Source: Spirochaetaceae bacterium | Lineage (GTDB): Bacteria > Spirochaetota > Spirochaetia > DSM-2461 | NCBI GenBank assembly: GCA_965224705.1 | Contig: OZ245056.1 | Coordinates: forward strand, 2,144,001 to 2,208,000 | Reading direction: 5' to 3' | Length of the DNA stretch: 64,000 nt | Shown: piece after piece, positions 19,534 to 30,557 of the stretch | How positions within the stretch are numbered: the first letter of the stretch is position 1 | How the letters are laid out: each line of letters starts with the position of its first letter | The notes under the pieces: generated by a model | Told to the model about the DNA's origin: nothing | The model's input: the letters and a program-made list of their open reading frames with translations, nothing else | Databases searched by the model: none | Translations under genes and position numbers: made by a program

Positions 19534-21379
19534 CAATAATAACAAAGATAAGAAAAACGGCTTCAAAATTGAATTTGGAAACCGAACAGCTCTCTATCTG
19601 GTGGTTGGTTTAGCACTTGCTTTTATTCTGTTTGTTACCTTTTCAAGGTCATCCGGCCGTGAAGAGATAAGCTATTCGGCATTCCTGATGGAACTTCAGT
19701 CAGGGAATGTTGAAGAGGTAACCATTTATGACATGAGGGAGGTTCATGGCATCCGATACAGTCCGGACGGCCGCAACACATCATTTGTTACCATAATTCC
19801 ATATTTTGATGAAACGCTGCTGCTCAGTCTGGAAGAGAGCGGGGTCACGATTAAAGGGGACTCCAAAGGGGTCTCATTGTTTGCCATGGGACTTCAGGTT
19901 CTTCCAGTCATCCTGATCATTGTTTTCATTGTCTGGATGTACAGAAATGCCAGGGGTGGTAATCAAGCCATGTCTTTCGGCCGGAGTACTGCGAAGCGGT
20001 ACGATGTATCCGATAATAAAGTTACCTTTGCAGATGTTGCTGGACAGAAAGAGGCAAAATACGAGCTGCAGGAAGTGGTGGCATTTCTCAAAAATCCCGA
20101 GCGATTCACACGGATTGGTGCAAAAATTCCAAAAGGCGTGTTACTGGTTGGACAGCCTGGAACAGGTAAAACCCTGTTGGCTAAGGCTGTTGCGGGTGAG
20201 GCTGATGTTGCTTTCTTTCACATGTCCGGGTCGGATTTCGTTGAGATGTTTGTCGGTGTCGGTGCCAGTCGAGTTCGCAATCTTTTCGAACAGGGCCGCA
20301 AGAATGCCCCATGCATACTGTTTATTGATGAAATTGATGCTGTGGGCCGTACCAGGGGAGCCGGTTACGGAGGGGGGCATGATGAGAGAGAGCAGACACT
20401 CAACCAGCTCCTTGTGGAGATGGATGGCTTTGAAACCGATGCAGGAGTTATCATTATTGCTGCAACCAATAGACCGGATGTTTTAGATCCTGCTCTACTG
20501 CGGCCAGGGCGATTCGATCGCCAGGTTGTAGTGGCCATGCCCGATGTCAAAGAACGTCTGGCGATTTTCAAAATACATTCAGCCAGGCTGCAGCTTGCAA
20601 AAAGTGTTGATCTTACTGTGATTGCCCGTGCTACACCAGGTTCTTCCGGAGCGGACATTGCCAACATTGTCAATGAAGCCGCTTTATATGCCGGCAGGGC
20701 AAACCGAAAAAGGGTTGCCATGGAAGACTTTGAAGAGGCTCGGGACAAAATTCTCATGGGCATTGCCAGGAGAAGCATGGTAATGGCAGAAGAAGACAAA
20801 CGCATGACCGCCTACCATGAGGCTGGTCACACCCTGCTGCACTATGTTCAGGAGAAAGCCGATCCTGTGCACAAAGTCACGATAATTCCCCGGGGACAGG
20901 CATTGGGGGTAACGTTCAGTCTGCCTGAGCAGGATCAGTACAGCCGGGGCGAGAGCTGGATCAGAGCCCGGCTCGTTGTGATGTATGGCGGATTTGCTGC
21001 CGAAGAACTCATATTTAATGAAACAACGACTGGGGCACAGAATGATATACAGCAGGCAACCGATCTGGCGCGGAAAATGGTTTGCGAGTGGGGCATGAGC
21101 AACCTTGGCCCTGTGGCATTGGGAGGCGGTGATTCCCCCATATTCATAGGGAAGGAAATTGCTCAGCATGCTGATTACTCGGATGGTACTGCAGAAAGAA
21201 TCGATCTTGAAATTCGCTCCATCCTTCAGGATGCCCTGGATACAGCTCGAAAATTTATGAAACAGAAACGGGAATATCTGGAAAGTCTGACAGAAGCATT
21301 GATTGAAAGAGAGACTATGGATGACATGGAAATTCGAGAGCTCTGGGGTTTGAAAGATGGCAGGGCTCTTCTGGTGTGA
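19517..21379 (+). CDS. ftsH: ATP-dependent zinc metalloprotease FtsH
   Basis: 2 TMs, [29 protein letters not shown]. Confidence 0.98.
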   Translation: MSMSDDNNNKDKKNGFKIEFGNRTALYLVVGLALAFILFVTFSRSSGREEISYSAFLMELQSGNVEEVTIYDMREVHGIRYSPDGRNTSFVTIIPYFDETLLLSLEESGVTIKGDSKGVSLFAMGLQVLPVILIIVFIVWMYRNARGGNQAMSFGRSTAKRYDVSDNKVTFADVAGQKEAKYELQEVVAFLKNPERFTRIGAKIPKGVLLVGQPGTGKTLLAKAVAGEADVAFFHMSGSDFVEMFVGVGASRVRNLFEQGRKNAPCILFIDEIDAVGRTRGAGYGGGHDEREQTLNQLLVEMDGFETDAGVIIIAATNRPDVLDPALLRPGRFDRQVVVAMPDVKERLAIFKIHSARLQLAKSVDLTVIARATPGSSGADIANIVNEAALYAGRANRKRVAMEDFEEARDKILMGIARRSMVMAEEDKRMTAYHEAGHTLLHYVQEKADPVHKVTIIPRGQALGVTFSLPEQDQYSRGESWIRARLVVMYGGFAAEELIFNETTTGAQNDIQQATDLARKMVCEWGMSNLGPVALGGGDSPIFIGKEIAQHADYSDGTAERIDLEIRSILQDALDTARKFMKQKREYLESLTEALIERETMDDMEIRELWGLKDGRALLV

Positions 21380-23097
21380 GCCTTCGCTGTCTACTATGCC
21401 CATTTTTGTTTTCCTCCATAGTATTAACCGGATTCTCCAGCGATGATTTAGCGCGTATATGGATTGGCAGAGCTGCCGATCTTTTGAACAAATCTCAACT
21501 GGATCAGCAGGATCTCATGGAAGCTGACAGGGCATTGGACATTGCGGAAGAATTCCAGGCACCCGGTCCTGATGCCCTGTATCTCAGGGCCCTGACAGTT
21601 AAAGATGGGCGCATCCCTGTGGAAGGAATACCGACACGTCTGGCCTATGATCTGTCTCTGGCTGCTCTTGACAGTGATGCAGTTCCGGGTGCTTCTGCTG
21701 AGATTTCGTTCAGAGAGCGGGCTTTTTTGTATGCCGCTATGGCACTGCGATTGAAAAAATATGAAGACTACCTTGATGAATATACCTCATGGCCGAAGGG
21801 AGAAAGGAATGCCATAACCATACTGTATGCGGCGGCCCGTTCAGCCCTGTTTCTTGGGTATCAGGACCAGGCAATCGATCTGGCCCTGAGAGGTGAATCC
21901 CTTTCAGGGGAAACAGATAGTCTGGCTGGATTTGAACTCAATCTGGACCATCCATTGTCGGCATTTCGAGCCATTGCAGTGGCGGCCGGTGATGAAAAAC
22001 TGACAGGAACATTTGCTTCAGCCCGGAAACGCTGGGGACAGTCTCTGGAAGATGCCATCATGCCCTGGATTCTTTCCGGCAGGGTCAGCGGAAATACAAT
22101 CAGGGTAATTCTCCCTTCACTCAGTGAATCGGCAGGCAAACTGGCCAATGCCGTTATCGGCCTTGAACCCCTGGCCGACATTCAAGGCGACCTGGCCCTG
22201 GCCCGCATGCTGGAAGACTCATATCCCCTGGAGAAAAGGCTCACATCTTTTACGGGTGTATTGACTGCTGATGCCGAATACGATGGGTATGAGGAAGAAA
22301 GAATTGAAGTGGTTAACGGACAGCCTGTTTACCGGGTGATTGATGCAGACCAGGATGGGCAGTACGAATGGGAAATTCATTTCGAGGATGGCATTCCTGA
22401 ACAGATTCGTCTGGATGGCGGTCGTTTGGAGATTCTCTATGATGAGAAATCATACCCTGAGGTACATTCCATCAACAGCACTGATGGGAGTGCTCATGGA
22501 AATGCCATATTTCTCCCGGGGGCCTTCTCCTGGGATCCTGGAAACGGAAACCATTTATCCATCCAGCTTGATAGGCCTGATTGGGTTGATAATGACCTCT
22601 GGCCCTTCATGAGTAGAATTTCCCTTCAGGCGCAATTGAATGATGGCAGGGAGTTGGGCAGGATATTCATCTGGCTCGACAAAGGTATCCCGGTCAAGTC
22701 TGTTGAGGTCCATTATTCGGATTCCAATCAGGAAGATCCACTCTGGGTTAAGGAGCTTCTTTACGAGGATGGCATTGTAACGGCGGGGAGAAGGTCATTG
22801 CGGAAGATATCGGGAACTGAACGTCTATGGGAACTCTACGAACGGTATGAAAATGGAGAAATTGTTGGCCTGGCCTGGGATCCCGGGATGAGAGGGACAC
22901 CAGTGTATCTGAAAGACTGGGCTCTTGAAACCTACCTGCAAATCCACGTCTGGAATCTTGATGGGGATGACTGGATGGATATGAGACGTTTTGTCAGTAC
23001 TGAGATTGGAGACTCCGTCCGTGAGCTCCATATAACGGAGGCTGGTGAAAGTGATCTTTTACCGTGGTCTTCCGATAGCTGGTATCCATGGGAATAG
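21376..23097 (+). CDS. Hypothetical exported protein (helical N-half, acidic beta-rich C-half)
   Basis: 573-aa ORF coupled to ftsH (GTGA) and to the downstream protease; DADQDG and DAEYDG loops. Confidence 0.65.
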   Translation: MSLRCLLCPFLFSSIVLTGFSSDDLARIWIGRAADLLNKSQLDQQDLMEADRALDIAEEFQAPGPDALYLRALTVKDGRIPVEGIPTRLAYDLSLAALDSDAVPGASAEISFRERAFLYAAMALRLKKYEDYLDEYTSWPKGERNAITILYAAARSALFLGYQDQAIDLALRGESLSGETDSLAGFELNLDHPLSAFRAIAVAAGDEKLTGTFASARKRWGQSLEDAIMPWILSGRVSGNTIRVILPSLSESAGKLANAVIGLEPLADIQGDLALARMLEDSYPLEKRLTSFTGVLTADAEYDGYEEERIEVVNGQPVYRVIDADQDGQYEWEIHFEDGIPEQIRLDGGRLEILYDEKSYPEVHSINSTDGSAHGNAIFLPGAFSWDPGNGNHLSIQLDRPDWVDNDLWPFMSRISLQAQLNDGRELGRIFIWLDKGIPVKSVEVHYSDSNQEDPLWVKELLYEDGIVTAGRRSLRKISGTERLWELYERYENGEIVGLAWDPGMRGTPVYLKDWALETYLQIHVWNLDGDDWMDMRRFVSTEIGDSVRELHITEAGESDLLPWSSDSWYPWE

Positions 23098-23099
23098 AT

Positions 23100-24821
23100 A
23101 TGAAGCTTCATACAGTATCCTGTACGGTAGTCCTTCTACTCATTTCCTGTGCAGGAATCCCGGAGTCTGATCTTCCAGGTCTTCCAGTTACCGATTCTTA
23201 TTCTAGGCGCATTGAATCTCTTCTGGCGGAGGGAGACAGTTTACGAGCTATACCGCTTATACAGGCCTGGGAAAAGGAAAGCGGTAAGAATCATGATTTA
23301 TATCAAACCGCTATTGACCGCATCAAAACGGATTGGCATACGGTTCGTGATGACGGCGACTGGAAGCGGGCCATTGCTTATCTCCGTTCATTCAAGGTAT
23401 TGAGTGATTTAACTCATCTCACGGATGTCACAGAAGTAGATCTCTTTGTCCAGGGTGCAATGGACTACATCAAATCAAGCAGAATTGGAGCGGCCGCAGC
23501 ATTGATTCAAGCCAATATTGATCCAGATAATCTGGATGACGAGACAAGAGAAGAACTGGCCGGAGTTTTTTCTGACGCCGGATATACATCATTGTCGGCC
23601 ATGTTACGGTCCGAACCCATACCCGAATCACCGGGAATGGAACCCTTAATAAATGGAACAATCACCGTCTGGGTTAACAGGGGACTACGCCTTGAGGGAA
23701 ATGTGGGCGTGCCGGACAGAGGAATTGGTTCAGGCTTTTTTATCGATTCAAATGGCTATCTTCTGACAAATTACCATGTCATCGAGAGTGAAGTGAACCC
23801 ATCGTATAAGGGCTATTCCAGGCTCTTCATCAAAACCGATGAGGAATCCGGAGACCGGATTCCTGCCAGAGTGGTTGGTTGGGACAAAAACTTTGATCTT
23901 GCTCTGTTGAAAACCGAAATGGATGTACCCTATGTTTTCAGCTTTGCCAATCAGGAAATGCCTGAACTTGGGGACAGGATCTCAGCGATTGGCTCACCAG
24001 GAGGCCTGGCAAAAACCCTCACTTCCGGAACCGTTTCGGCATTTGCCAGATCTGTACAACCCCTGGCCGGTTCTTTACAGATTGATGTCCCCATCAATCC
24101 TGGGAACAGTGGAGGCCCTCTGCTCAACAACAATGGTGAGATCATAGGTGTTGTATTCGCCGGAATAACAGATTTTGAGGGGATAAATTTTGCCATTCCC
24201 GGACAATATGCCCAGAGTCTTATACCGGCCCTGTATGAAGGGGGACAGATTGAACTCCCCTGGCTGGGTGTCTCAGCCTGGGATAATTCAGGAGAGATTG
24301 ATGTTATCTATGTGGTTCCCCACACTCCAGCAGCCGATACAGGTCTGCTTCCCGGTGATGTAATCAAGAGTATTAATGGCCAGTCTCTGGTCAGTATACG
24401 GCAGGTGCAGGAGTATATGATTACCTGTATTCCCGGAACTCTTGTCTCCATTGAGTGGGGCCGTGATGGAGTAGATCATCAGGCTGCAGCATACCTGGAT
24501 GTTCGGCCTGAAATCCCATTGAAAGAAGCCCTGTCCATGGATGCCCGTGAGCATCTGCTCGCACCATTGTTTGGATTCACTGTAGAGCGAATAGACGGCT
24601 GGGGTTTCAGGCAAAAATACCGGATAGTATCAGTTCTTCAAGGTTCCACTGCTGATGAGGCAGGATTCTCTGCTGGAGATGCCATTTCGCTGAAGAGATG
24701 GCGGTATGTAAAAGAAATTGATGCGGTGTTTATTCAGCTTAATCTCAAAGGACGAAAAGCAGGTTTCCTGGAATCCGCTGTTCAATTGGGTTCGTATTTG
24801 AATATCAATACAGTCTTTTAG
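23100..24821 (+). CDS. Trypsin-like (S1C/HtrA-type) serine protease lipoprotein with PDZ domain(s)
   Basis: LLISC lipobox, GSGF, LTNYHV, DLALLK, INPGNSGGPL, PWLGV PDZ. Confidence 0.9.
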   Translation: MKLHTVSCTVVLLLISCAGIPESDLPGLPVTDSYSRRIESLLAEGDSLRAIPLIQAWEKESGKNHDLYQTAIDRIKTDWHTVRDDGDWKRAIAYLRSFKVLSDLTHLTDVTEVDLFVQGAMDYIKSSRIGAAAALIQANIDPDNLDDETREELAGVFSDAGYTSLSAMLRSEPIPESPGMEPLINGTITVWVNRGLRLEGNVGVPDRGIGSGFFIDSNGYLLTNYHVIESEVNPSYKGYSRLFIKTDEESGDRIPARVVGWDKNFDLALLKTEMDVPYVFSFANQEMPELGDRISAIGSPGGLAKTLTSGTVSAFARSVQPLAGSLQIDVPINPGNSGGPLLNNNGEIIGVVFAGITDFEGINFAIPGQYAQSLIPALYEGGQIELPWLGVSAWDNSGEIDVIYVVPHTPAADTGLLPGDVIKSINGQSLVSIRQVQEYMITCIPGTLVSIEWGRDGVDHQAAAYLDVRPEIPLKEALSMDAREHLLAPLFGFTVERIDGWGFRQKYRIVSVLQGSTADEAGFSAGDAISLKRWRYVKEIDAVFIQLNLKGRKAGFLESAVQLGSYLNINTVF

Positions 24822-24850
24822 TTTTCAATATTAATTGATATGGTTCTTTC

Positions 24851-26665
24851 ATGCCCATAGATCAGTCCCTCATTCGAAATTTCTGTATTATTGCCCACAT
24901 TGATCATGGGAAATCCACACTGGCCGATCGTTTCCTCCAGCATACTCATCTGGTAAGCGACCGTGATTTCCACGACCAGATGCTTGATTCCATGGATATT
25001 GAACAGGAACGGGGAATTACTATTAAGAGCCAGGCGGTTACCATTGATTTTGAAGCTGCTGATGGTAAAACCTACAGACTGAACCTTGTAGATACCCCCG
25101 GGCACGTTGATTTCTCCTATGAAGTGAGCCGGGCGATTTCTTCGTGTGAGGGGGCCCTGCTGCTCGTTGATGCTACCCAGGGGGTGGAGGCCCAGACCCT
25201 TTCCAATATGTATGTGGCCCTTGAATACAACCTGGAGATTCTTCCTGTGATCAATAAAATCGATCTACCCAGTGCAAATATTGAAACAGTACGGCACCAG
25301 ATTGACCATGATCTAGGACTGATCGGTGAGATGGCCATGCCGGTATCAGCGAAAACAGGTGAGGGGATTACCGAACTTCTCAATTCCCTTGTAGAGAACA
25401 TCCCGGCTCCAGAGGGTGATCGACAATCGCCGCTCAAGGCCCTGATTTTTGATTCTCACTATGATGCCTACCGAGGAGTCGTTATCCATGTCCGTGTATT
25501 TGAAGGCAGTGTAAAGAGTGGGCAATCCATACGTTTTATGGCCGGGGGATCTGAGTACAGAGTGGAAGATGTTGGCGAATTCCGTCTCGTATCTGAACGA
25601 ACTGATTCCCTTGCTGCCGGAGATGTCGGCTGGCTGATTGCAGGGATCAAAAACATATCTGATATACGAGTAGGCGATACTGTAACTGACGTAGAGAATC
25701 CGGCAGCGGAACCCCTGGCAGGCTTCCGGGATGTTAAACCCGTTGTGTTTTCGTCAATCTATCCAGTCGATACCAATCAGTATGAAGAATTACATATGGC
25801 CCTGGATAAGTTGAAGCTCAATGATTCCTCACTTGTATGGGAAAAAGATGCTTCCATGGCTCTGGGTTTCGGGTTTCGCTGCGGTTTTCTTGGTCTGTTG
25901 CATTTAGAGGTGGTCCAGGAACGTCTGGAGCGTGAATATGGCCTGAACATTGTTCTGACCAGCCCATCGGTCCGGTATCGTATCATACCGGTCAGAAAAG
26001 AAGCATACTATCTGGATAATCCAGCAGAATTCCCGGATGTCACCACGTTAGCTGGTGCTGAGGAACCCTATATCAAGGCTTCCATAATTACTCCGGTCGA
26101 TTATCTTGGTCCTCTGATGAATCTTTGTATGAACAAACGCGGCATTCAGCTGGACATGACCTATCTTGATGAGACCAGAGTAGAGCTTGTCTATGAGTTA
26201 CCTCTTGGGGAAGTTCTGTTTGATTTTTATGATAGGTTGAAATCAAACAGCCGTGGATATGCGTCGTTTGATTATGAGTTGACTGATTATAAAAAGACAG
26301 ATCTTGTAAAACTGGACATACTGGTCAATTCCGAACCCGTCGATGCCTTGAGTCAACTGGTGTTCCGTGATAACGCCCAGCGTCGAGGTCGGCAGGTGTG
26401 TAAAAAATTGAAGGAAGAGATTCCCCGGCAGCAGTTCAAAATTCCTGTTCAGGCCGCTGTAGGGGGAAGTATTATCGCACGGGAAACTGTCAGTGCTTTG
26501 AGAAAGGATGTGACAGCCAAGTGTTACGGAGGTGATATAACCCGTAAGCGGAAACTGCTGGAGAAACAGAAGGAAGGTAAAAAGCGCATGAAAATGGTGG
26601 GAAACGTTGAGCTGCCCCAGAGTGCCTTTCTTTCAGTCCTGCGAACAGATGAGAACGATGGTTGA
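24851..26665 (+). CDS. lepA: Elongation factor 4 (LepA)
   Basis: AHIDHGKST, DTPGHVDF, GFRCGFLGLLH, KCYGGDITRK.KLL. Confidence 0.99.
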   Translation: MPIDQSLIRNFCIIAHIDHGKSTLADRFLQHTHLVSDRDFHDQMLDSMDIEQERGITIKSQAVTIDFEAADGKTYRLNLVDTPGHVDFSYEVSRAISSCEGALLLVDATQGVEAQTLSNMYVALEYNLEILPVINKIDLPSANIETVRHQIDHDLGLIGEMAMPVSAKTGEGITELLNSLVENIPAPEGDRQSPLKALIFDSHYDAYRGVVIHVRVFEGSVKSGQSIRFMAGGSEYRVEDVGEFRLVSERTDSLAAGDVGWLIAGIKNISDIRVGDTVTDVENPAAEPLAGFRDVKPVVFSSIYPVDTNQYEELHMALDKLKLNDSSLVWEKDASMALGFGFRCGFLGLLHLEVVQERLEREYGLNIVLTSPSVRYRIIPVRKEAYYLDNPAEFPDVTTLAGAEEPYIKASIITPVDYLGPLMNLCMNKRGIQLDMTYLDETRVELVYELPLGEVLFDFYDRLKSNSRGYASFDYELTDYKKTDLVKLDILVNSEPVDALSQLVFRDNAQRRGRQVCKKLKEEIPRQQFKIPVQAAVGGSIIARETVSALRKDVTAKCYGGDITRKRKLLEKQKEGKKRMKMVGNVELPQSAFLSVLRTDENDG

Positions 26666-26786
26666 CGAAACTGACGGTGTGGGCTTCATCATTTTTGTAT
26701 GTCAATAATGTAATTTTCTGGAATTGTTTCAATAGAAGTATTATAGTAATATGTGTTTGTTCTGTGTCAGGGAGTATGAAGTTGAT

Positions 26787-29700
26787 ATGAAAGTCTTTGA
26801 TCAATTGTTTTTTCGTTTGATCCTGGCGGTTTTAATCATTTTTACAGTCACAGGTTGTTCCGAGTTCCTGCCTGGAGATCGGTTGGAGCCAGGCGATGAT
26901 TCTACGGTCGCTACACGGATCGGAACCATACACCATCTGACATGGGACACTGTGGAAGATGCCATTGGTTATCAGGTACAAATCGCTGAATCTGAGGCCG
27001 AATTGGAGATGGTGCCCGTCGTCAATGTCGAGAAACCCTCCTACAGCTTCGGGACACCTTTGGCTGTCGGAACAGCTCTGTACTGGCGTGTACGGCCAAA
27101 GACTTTTAACCAAGGAAACACCGAATGGAGTACGGTTTATGTTTTTTTCGTAAACACACAGAAAGATTCCGGTCAGGAATCGGAAGATACGGACGAAGAC
27201 GATGTTGAGGATGAAGAAAACAGGGAAAAACATGGCGATAAATCCAGGGAAACAGCTAACGAAAACGACAGAGAAAATAATTATGATAAATCTGATGAAC
27301 ATATTTACATAGATCCATCTGAAATCCCCATGAAGGAATGGAAAGATCTTATGGGTGAGTTCTTCGCCTGGGATGCTGCATCCGATCTGCCGCCGAACGA
27401 GTTTGATTTCAGGGATGCGATTGAGTTCTGCAACCGCCGCAGTTCAGCCGAAGGAAGGGATCCCGCTTACAGGCTCTTTTCTGGAGAAGTTATTCTGCTC
27501 CCATGGGCAGACGGCTATCGATTGAAACCATTGGCTGACTGGGGAGGGCACTATAAGGAAAGGCAGGAGAATAAACGTAAGGGCCGATGGCCACATTGGG
27601 ACTCCTCTGACAGAGATGGATATCGGAAAGGTAAGAGGCCAGATCATGAATCTCCAGCCCGATGGGACAGCAGCATGAGTTCTCTGAGCCCTTCGGGAGA
27701 TGAGATTGTCACCAGTGCCATTGTCCCGTTCCATTGGGATTCTGTGGATGGTGCAGCCAGCTATCAGATTCAGATATGGGATGCCAGGATGATGGTCAAT
27801 ACGCATTCAGTGGAAGTTGAAGACTCTTTTCATGCAATTGAAGCATTGCCGAATGGTACCTGGCATTGGCGTGCAAGAGCTATTGGACAGAAAGGCGAGG
27901 AAGGTGATTGGAGCGATATCATACGATTCAGAAAACGATGGGGAGCAGTGAGAGGTCTGCAGCCTCCAGTCAATTCCGAGCTAGCGGATAGGACACCCAC
28001 ATTGAGCTGGGATGCGGTGAGCGATGCCGCTTTCTATCAGCTTCAAATCACCCGGCCCAGTTCTTCATTTATGAGATCGGATATCATTGATTTGTCCGAA
28101 CCATACTACACACCCGACAACCCCCTGGATGCAGATCAGATGTATTTCTGGCGAGTCAGAGCAGTGGATGTGTATGGTCAGGTTGGATTCTGGAGCAAAG
28201 TGTTGTCATTTATGATAATCTGGTCCGGTGAGATTAACGGATTGAATCCGGCTGATGGCAGCTCAACTCTCAACCCTGCCCCCACTTTCAGTTGGAATCC
28301 TGTGGATGGAGTGGACGGTTATCAAATGCAGATAGCCGCCGATGAAGCGGATCTGGCCACGGCCAGGGAGATTGACCTGAAAGTCCCCTTCTACACATGG
28401 CCAGAGCAGCTGGATTCCGGAACAACATATTACTGGAGAGTGCGGGCTCTGAATTCTGACGGTCAGCCAACTCTCCGGAGCGAAGTTTCCTCTTTCAGCG
28501 TTGATTCTCCCCCTGTTGTCAGCGGATTGAAACCTGATGACGATGCTGTTACATATAACACCAGACAATCCCTCAGCTGGGAACCTGTAGATGATGCGGC
28601 AAAGTATCAGATTCTTCTTACAAACAGCTTGAATACGGTTGCGGCATCGACTCCTGTCGATGTTATGTCAGGGGAGAAGTATCTGCCGCCTCAAGATTTG
28701 TCCCTGGATGTCTGGTACTGGCAGGTTCGTTCAGTAAGTGAATATGGAACTGTTTCCCAATGGTCTCCAATACAGAAGTTTTCGGTAAGTGATGGCCGAT
28801 TGAGCCTTGTAGAACCTGTCAATGATGAGTTCCTTTTTGATCAAACCCCCAGTTTTGCCTGGAGTAGTGCGGCAGGTGCTGCATCCTACAGATTGCAGAT
28901 TGCTGAAGATTCATCCAGTCTTGCCTCTGCTCCTGTCATCCCGGTGTATGGTACAGGCCATACCCCTGCTGATAGTGAAGCCCTGGCTTTCGGCCGATAC
29001 AATTGGCGAATTCAAGCGGTGGATACTTTCGGTAACAGCGGCAGTTGGACGGCTGACTGGCCGATAAACATCGTAGACAGTCAAATCAGCGGCCTAACCC
29101 CTCTGTATGCGATGACCGACAGCAAGCCCTACGAACTGAGCTGGGATGTGGTGCAGCACGCAGAGACATACGAAATCCAGCTTGTCGATGACAGGTCTCA
29201 ACTTGTGGATACATCAATTTCCACCATAGTGGAAGAAGCCCGTTATCAGCCATCCTCATCTTTGAGTCAGTACAAAGTTCATTACTGGCGTGTCCGTGCT
29301 CTGGATGCCGGAAAAAATCCGGGACTGTGGAGTCAAACGCGAGTGCTGGTCGCTTATGATTCCAGTCAGCATGGAGAAAACATGGTAATACTGGCGGATG
29401 GTACTCAGTTCAATTCCATTGAAGATCTTGAAGACGGCTATGTTTTTGTACCAGGCAGCACTTTTATGATGGGTGAGAATTCCGATCAAGAGGTAACTTT
29501 ATCGTCGTATTCCATTAATCCGATGGAAGTAACCCATGAGGAGTTTCTGCAATTCCTGAATGATACCAGCGTGGAAATACAGTTTGAGCAATCGCCATCT
29601 GGCCGTTATATCACCATTGACAACATCCCGGTATTTGTTTTTGAGGTGGGAGTGCCTTATCCGATTATACAGGATGATACCGGCAGCCAGAGATTTGTTT

Positions 29701-30314
29701 TTCAAGGTAATAGAATGGCTCCGGATATCAGAATCTCCGTTTTCAATGTGTCCTGGTATGGAGCATTGAGATATGCTAATTGGCTGAGTGGACAGAGAGG
29801 ATTGGAAAAGGTTTATACCTTTGGTTCTGGCGGTGCTGATGAAGTAACGGTGAACTGGAATGCCAATGGCTTTCGGCTGCCGACAGATGCCGAGTGGGAA
29901 TATGCCGGTCGTGGAGGCCCAATATCAATGGGCTATAAATATGCAGGAAGCAACAATCATGATGATGTCGCCTGGTATTGGGATAACAGTCATTATGGAG
30001 AGAATGCTCATATTGGGGGCGAATTACGGCCAAACGAATTGAATCTATTTGACATGAGTGGAAACGTAAGAGAATTCTGCTGGGATTGGGTAGGATTTGG
30101 ATCTACCTATGCCTATTCCCGGGATGGCCAGACCGACCCAACAGGCCCATCAAAAGATGAAGTAATCAGTAGTCTGAGCTGGGGACGCACCGTTAGAGGA
30201 GGGGGAATTAGTGACTGGAGTGATCAGTTGCTCTGGTTTGAGACAACCTTCCCCTATCCTTCACTGTATGATATACCATCACAAAATAGTGGAATCCGTC
30301 TGGTCAGACAATAG
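26787..30314 (+). CDS. Large lipoprotein with seven FN3-like repeats and a C-terminal FGE-sulfatase (SUMF1/C-type-lectin fold) domain
   Basis: FTVTGC lipobox; 7x (L/F)SW..V..A..YQ.Q...YWRVRA....G.WS; FRLPTDAEWEYAGRGG, PNELNLFDMSGNVREFCWDW. Confidence 0.85.
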   Translation: MKVFDQLFFRLILAVLIIFTVTGCSEFLPGDRLEPGDDSTVATRIGTIHHLTWDTVEDAIGYQVQIAESEAELEMVPVVNVEKPSYSFGTPLAVGTALYWRVRPKTFNQGNTEWSTVYVFFVNTQKDSGQESEDTDEDDVEDEENREKHGDKSRETANENDRENNYDKSDEHIYIDPSEIPMKEWKDLMGEFFAWDAASDLPPNEFDFRDAIEFCNRRSSAEGRDPAYRLFSGEVILLPWADGYRLKPLADWGGHYKERQENKRKGRWPHWDSSDRDGYRKGKRPDHESPARWDSSMSSLSPSGDEIVTSAIVPFHWDSVDGAASYQIQIWDARMMVNTHSVEVEDSFHAIEALPNGTWHWRARAIGQKGEEGDWSDIIRFRKRWGAVRGLQPPVNSELADRTPTLSWDAVSDAAFYQLQITRPSSSFMRSDIIDLSEPYYTPDNPLDADQMYFWRVRAVDVYGQVGFWSKVLSFMIIWSGEINGLNPADGSSTLNPAPTFSWNPVDGVDGYQMQIAADEADLATAREIDLKVPFYTWPEQLDSGTTYYWRVRALNSDGQPTLRSEVSSFSVDSPPVVSGLKPDDDAVTYNTRQSLSWEPVDDAAKYQILLTNSLNTVAASTPVDVMSGEKYLPPQDLSLDVWYWQVRSVSEYGTVSQWSPIQKFSVSDGRLSLVEPVNDEFLFDQTPSFAWSSAAGAASYRLQIAEDSSSLASAPVIPVYGTGHTPADSEALAFGRYNWRIQAVDTFGNSGSWTADWPINIVDSQISGLTPLYAMTDSKPYELSWDVVQHAETYEIQLVDDRSQLVDTSISTIVEEARYQPSSSLSQYKVHYWRVRALDAGKNPGLWSQTRVLVAYDSSQHGENMVILADGTQFNSIEDLEDGYVFVPGSTFMMGENSDQEVTLSSYSINPMEVTHEEFLQFLNDTSVEIQFEQSPSGRYITIDNIPVFVFEVGVPYPIIQDDTGSQRFVFQGNRMAPDIRISVFNVSWYGALRYANWLSGQRGLEKVYTFGSGGADEVTVNWNANGFRLPTDAEWEYAGRGGPISMGYKYAGSNNHDDVAWYWDNSHYGENAHIGGELRPNELNLFDMSGNVREFCWDWVGFGSTYAYSRDGQTDPTGPSKDEVISSLSWGRTVRGGGISDWSDQLLWFETTFPYPSLYDIPSQNSGIRLVRQ

Positions 30315-30557
30315 GAGGAGCTTTCTATAGGGCACCTCTAGCCCCTATTTCTCACCAACATAAAATTGCATAAAAATCCTGGAGGATTTCTGTTCTCTCC
30401 GCTAATATATCAAACAAAAAGTTTCCAGTTGATTGATCCTTGTTATTTCCGTCCAATTTAAGTCGATTTCTTCTGATTTTTTTGCATTTTTTCAACCCTC
30501 GGTGCACACCTTCCCCAGGGATTCCAGATGAGAACTCTCAACTGTTTTTATTACCCC

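Noticed and set aside
30180..30314. Second DGR variable region at the end of the FN3-FGE lipoprotein
   Set aside because: Lacks the RGGSW...R...GFR scaffold and the NNY codon pattern, and is not alignable to 61549-61677 at the DNA level.
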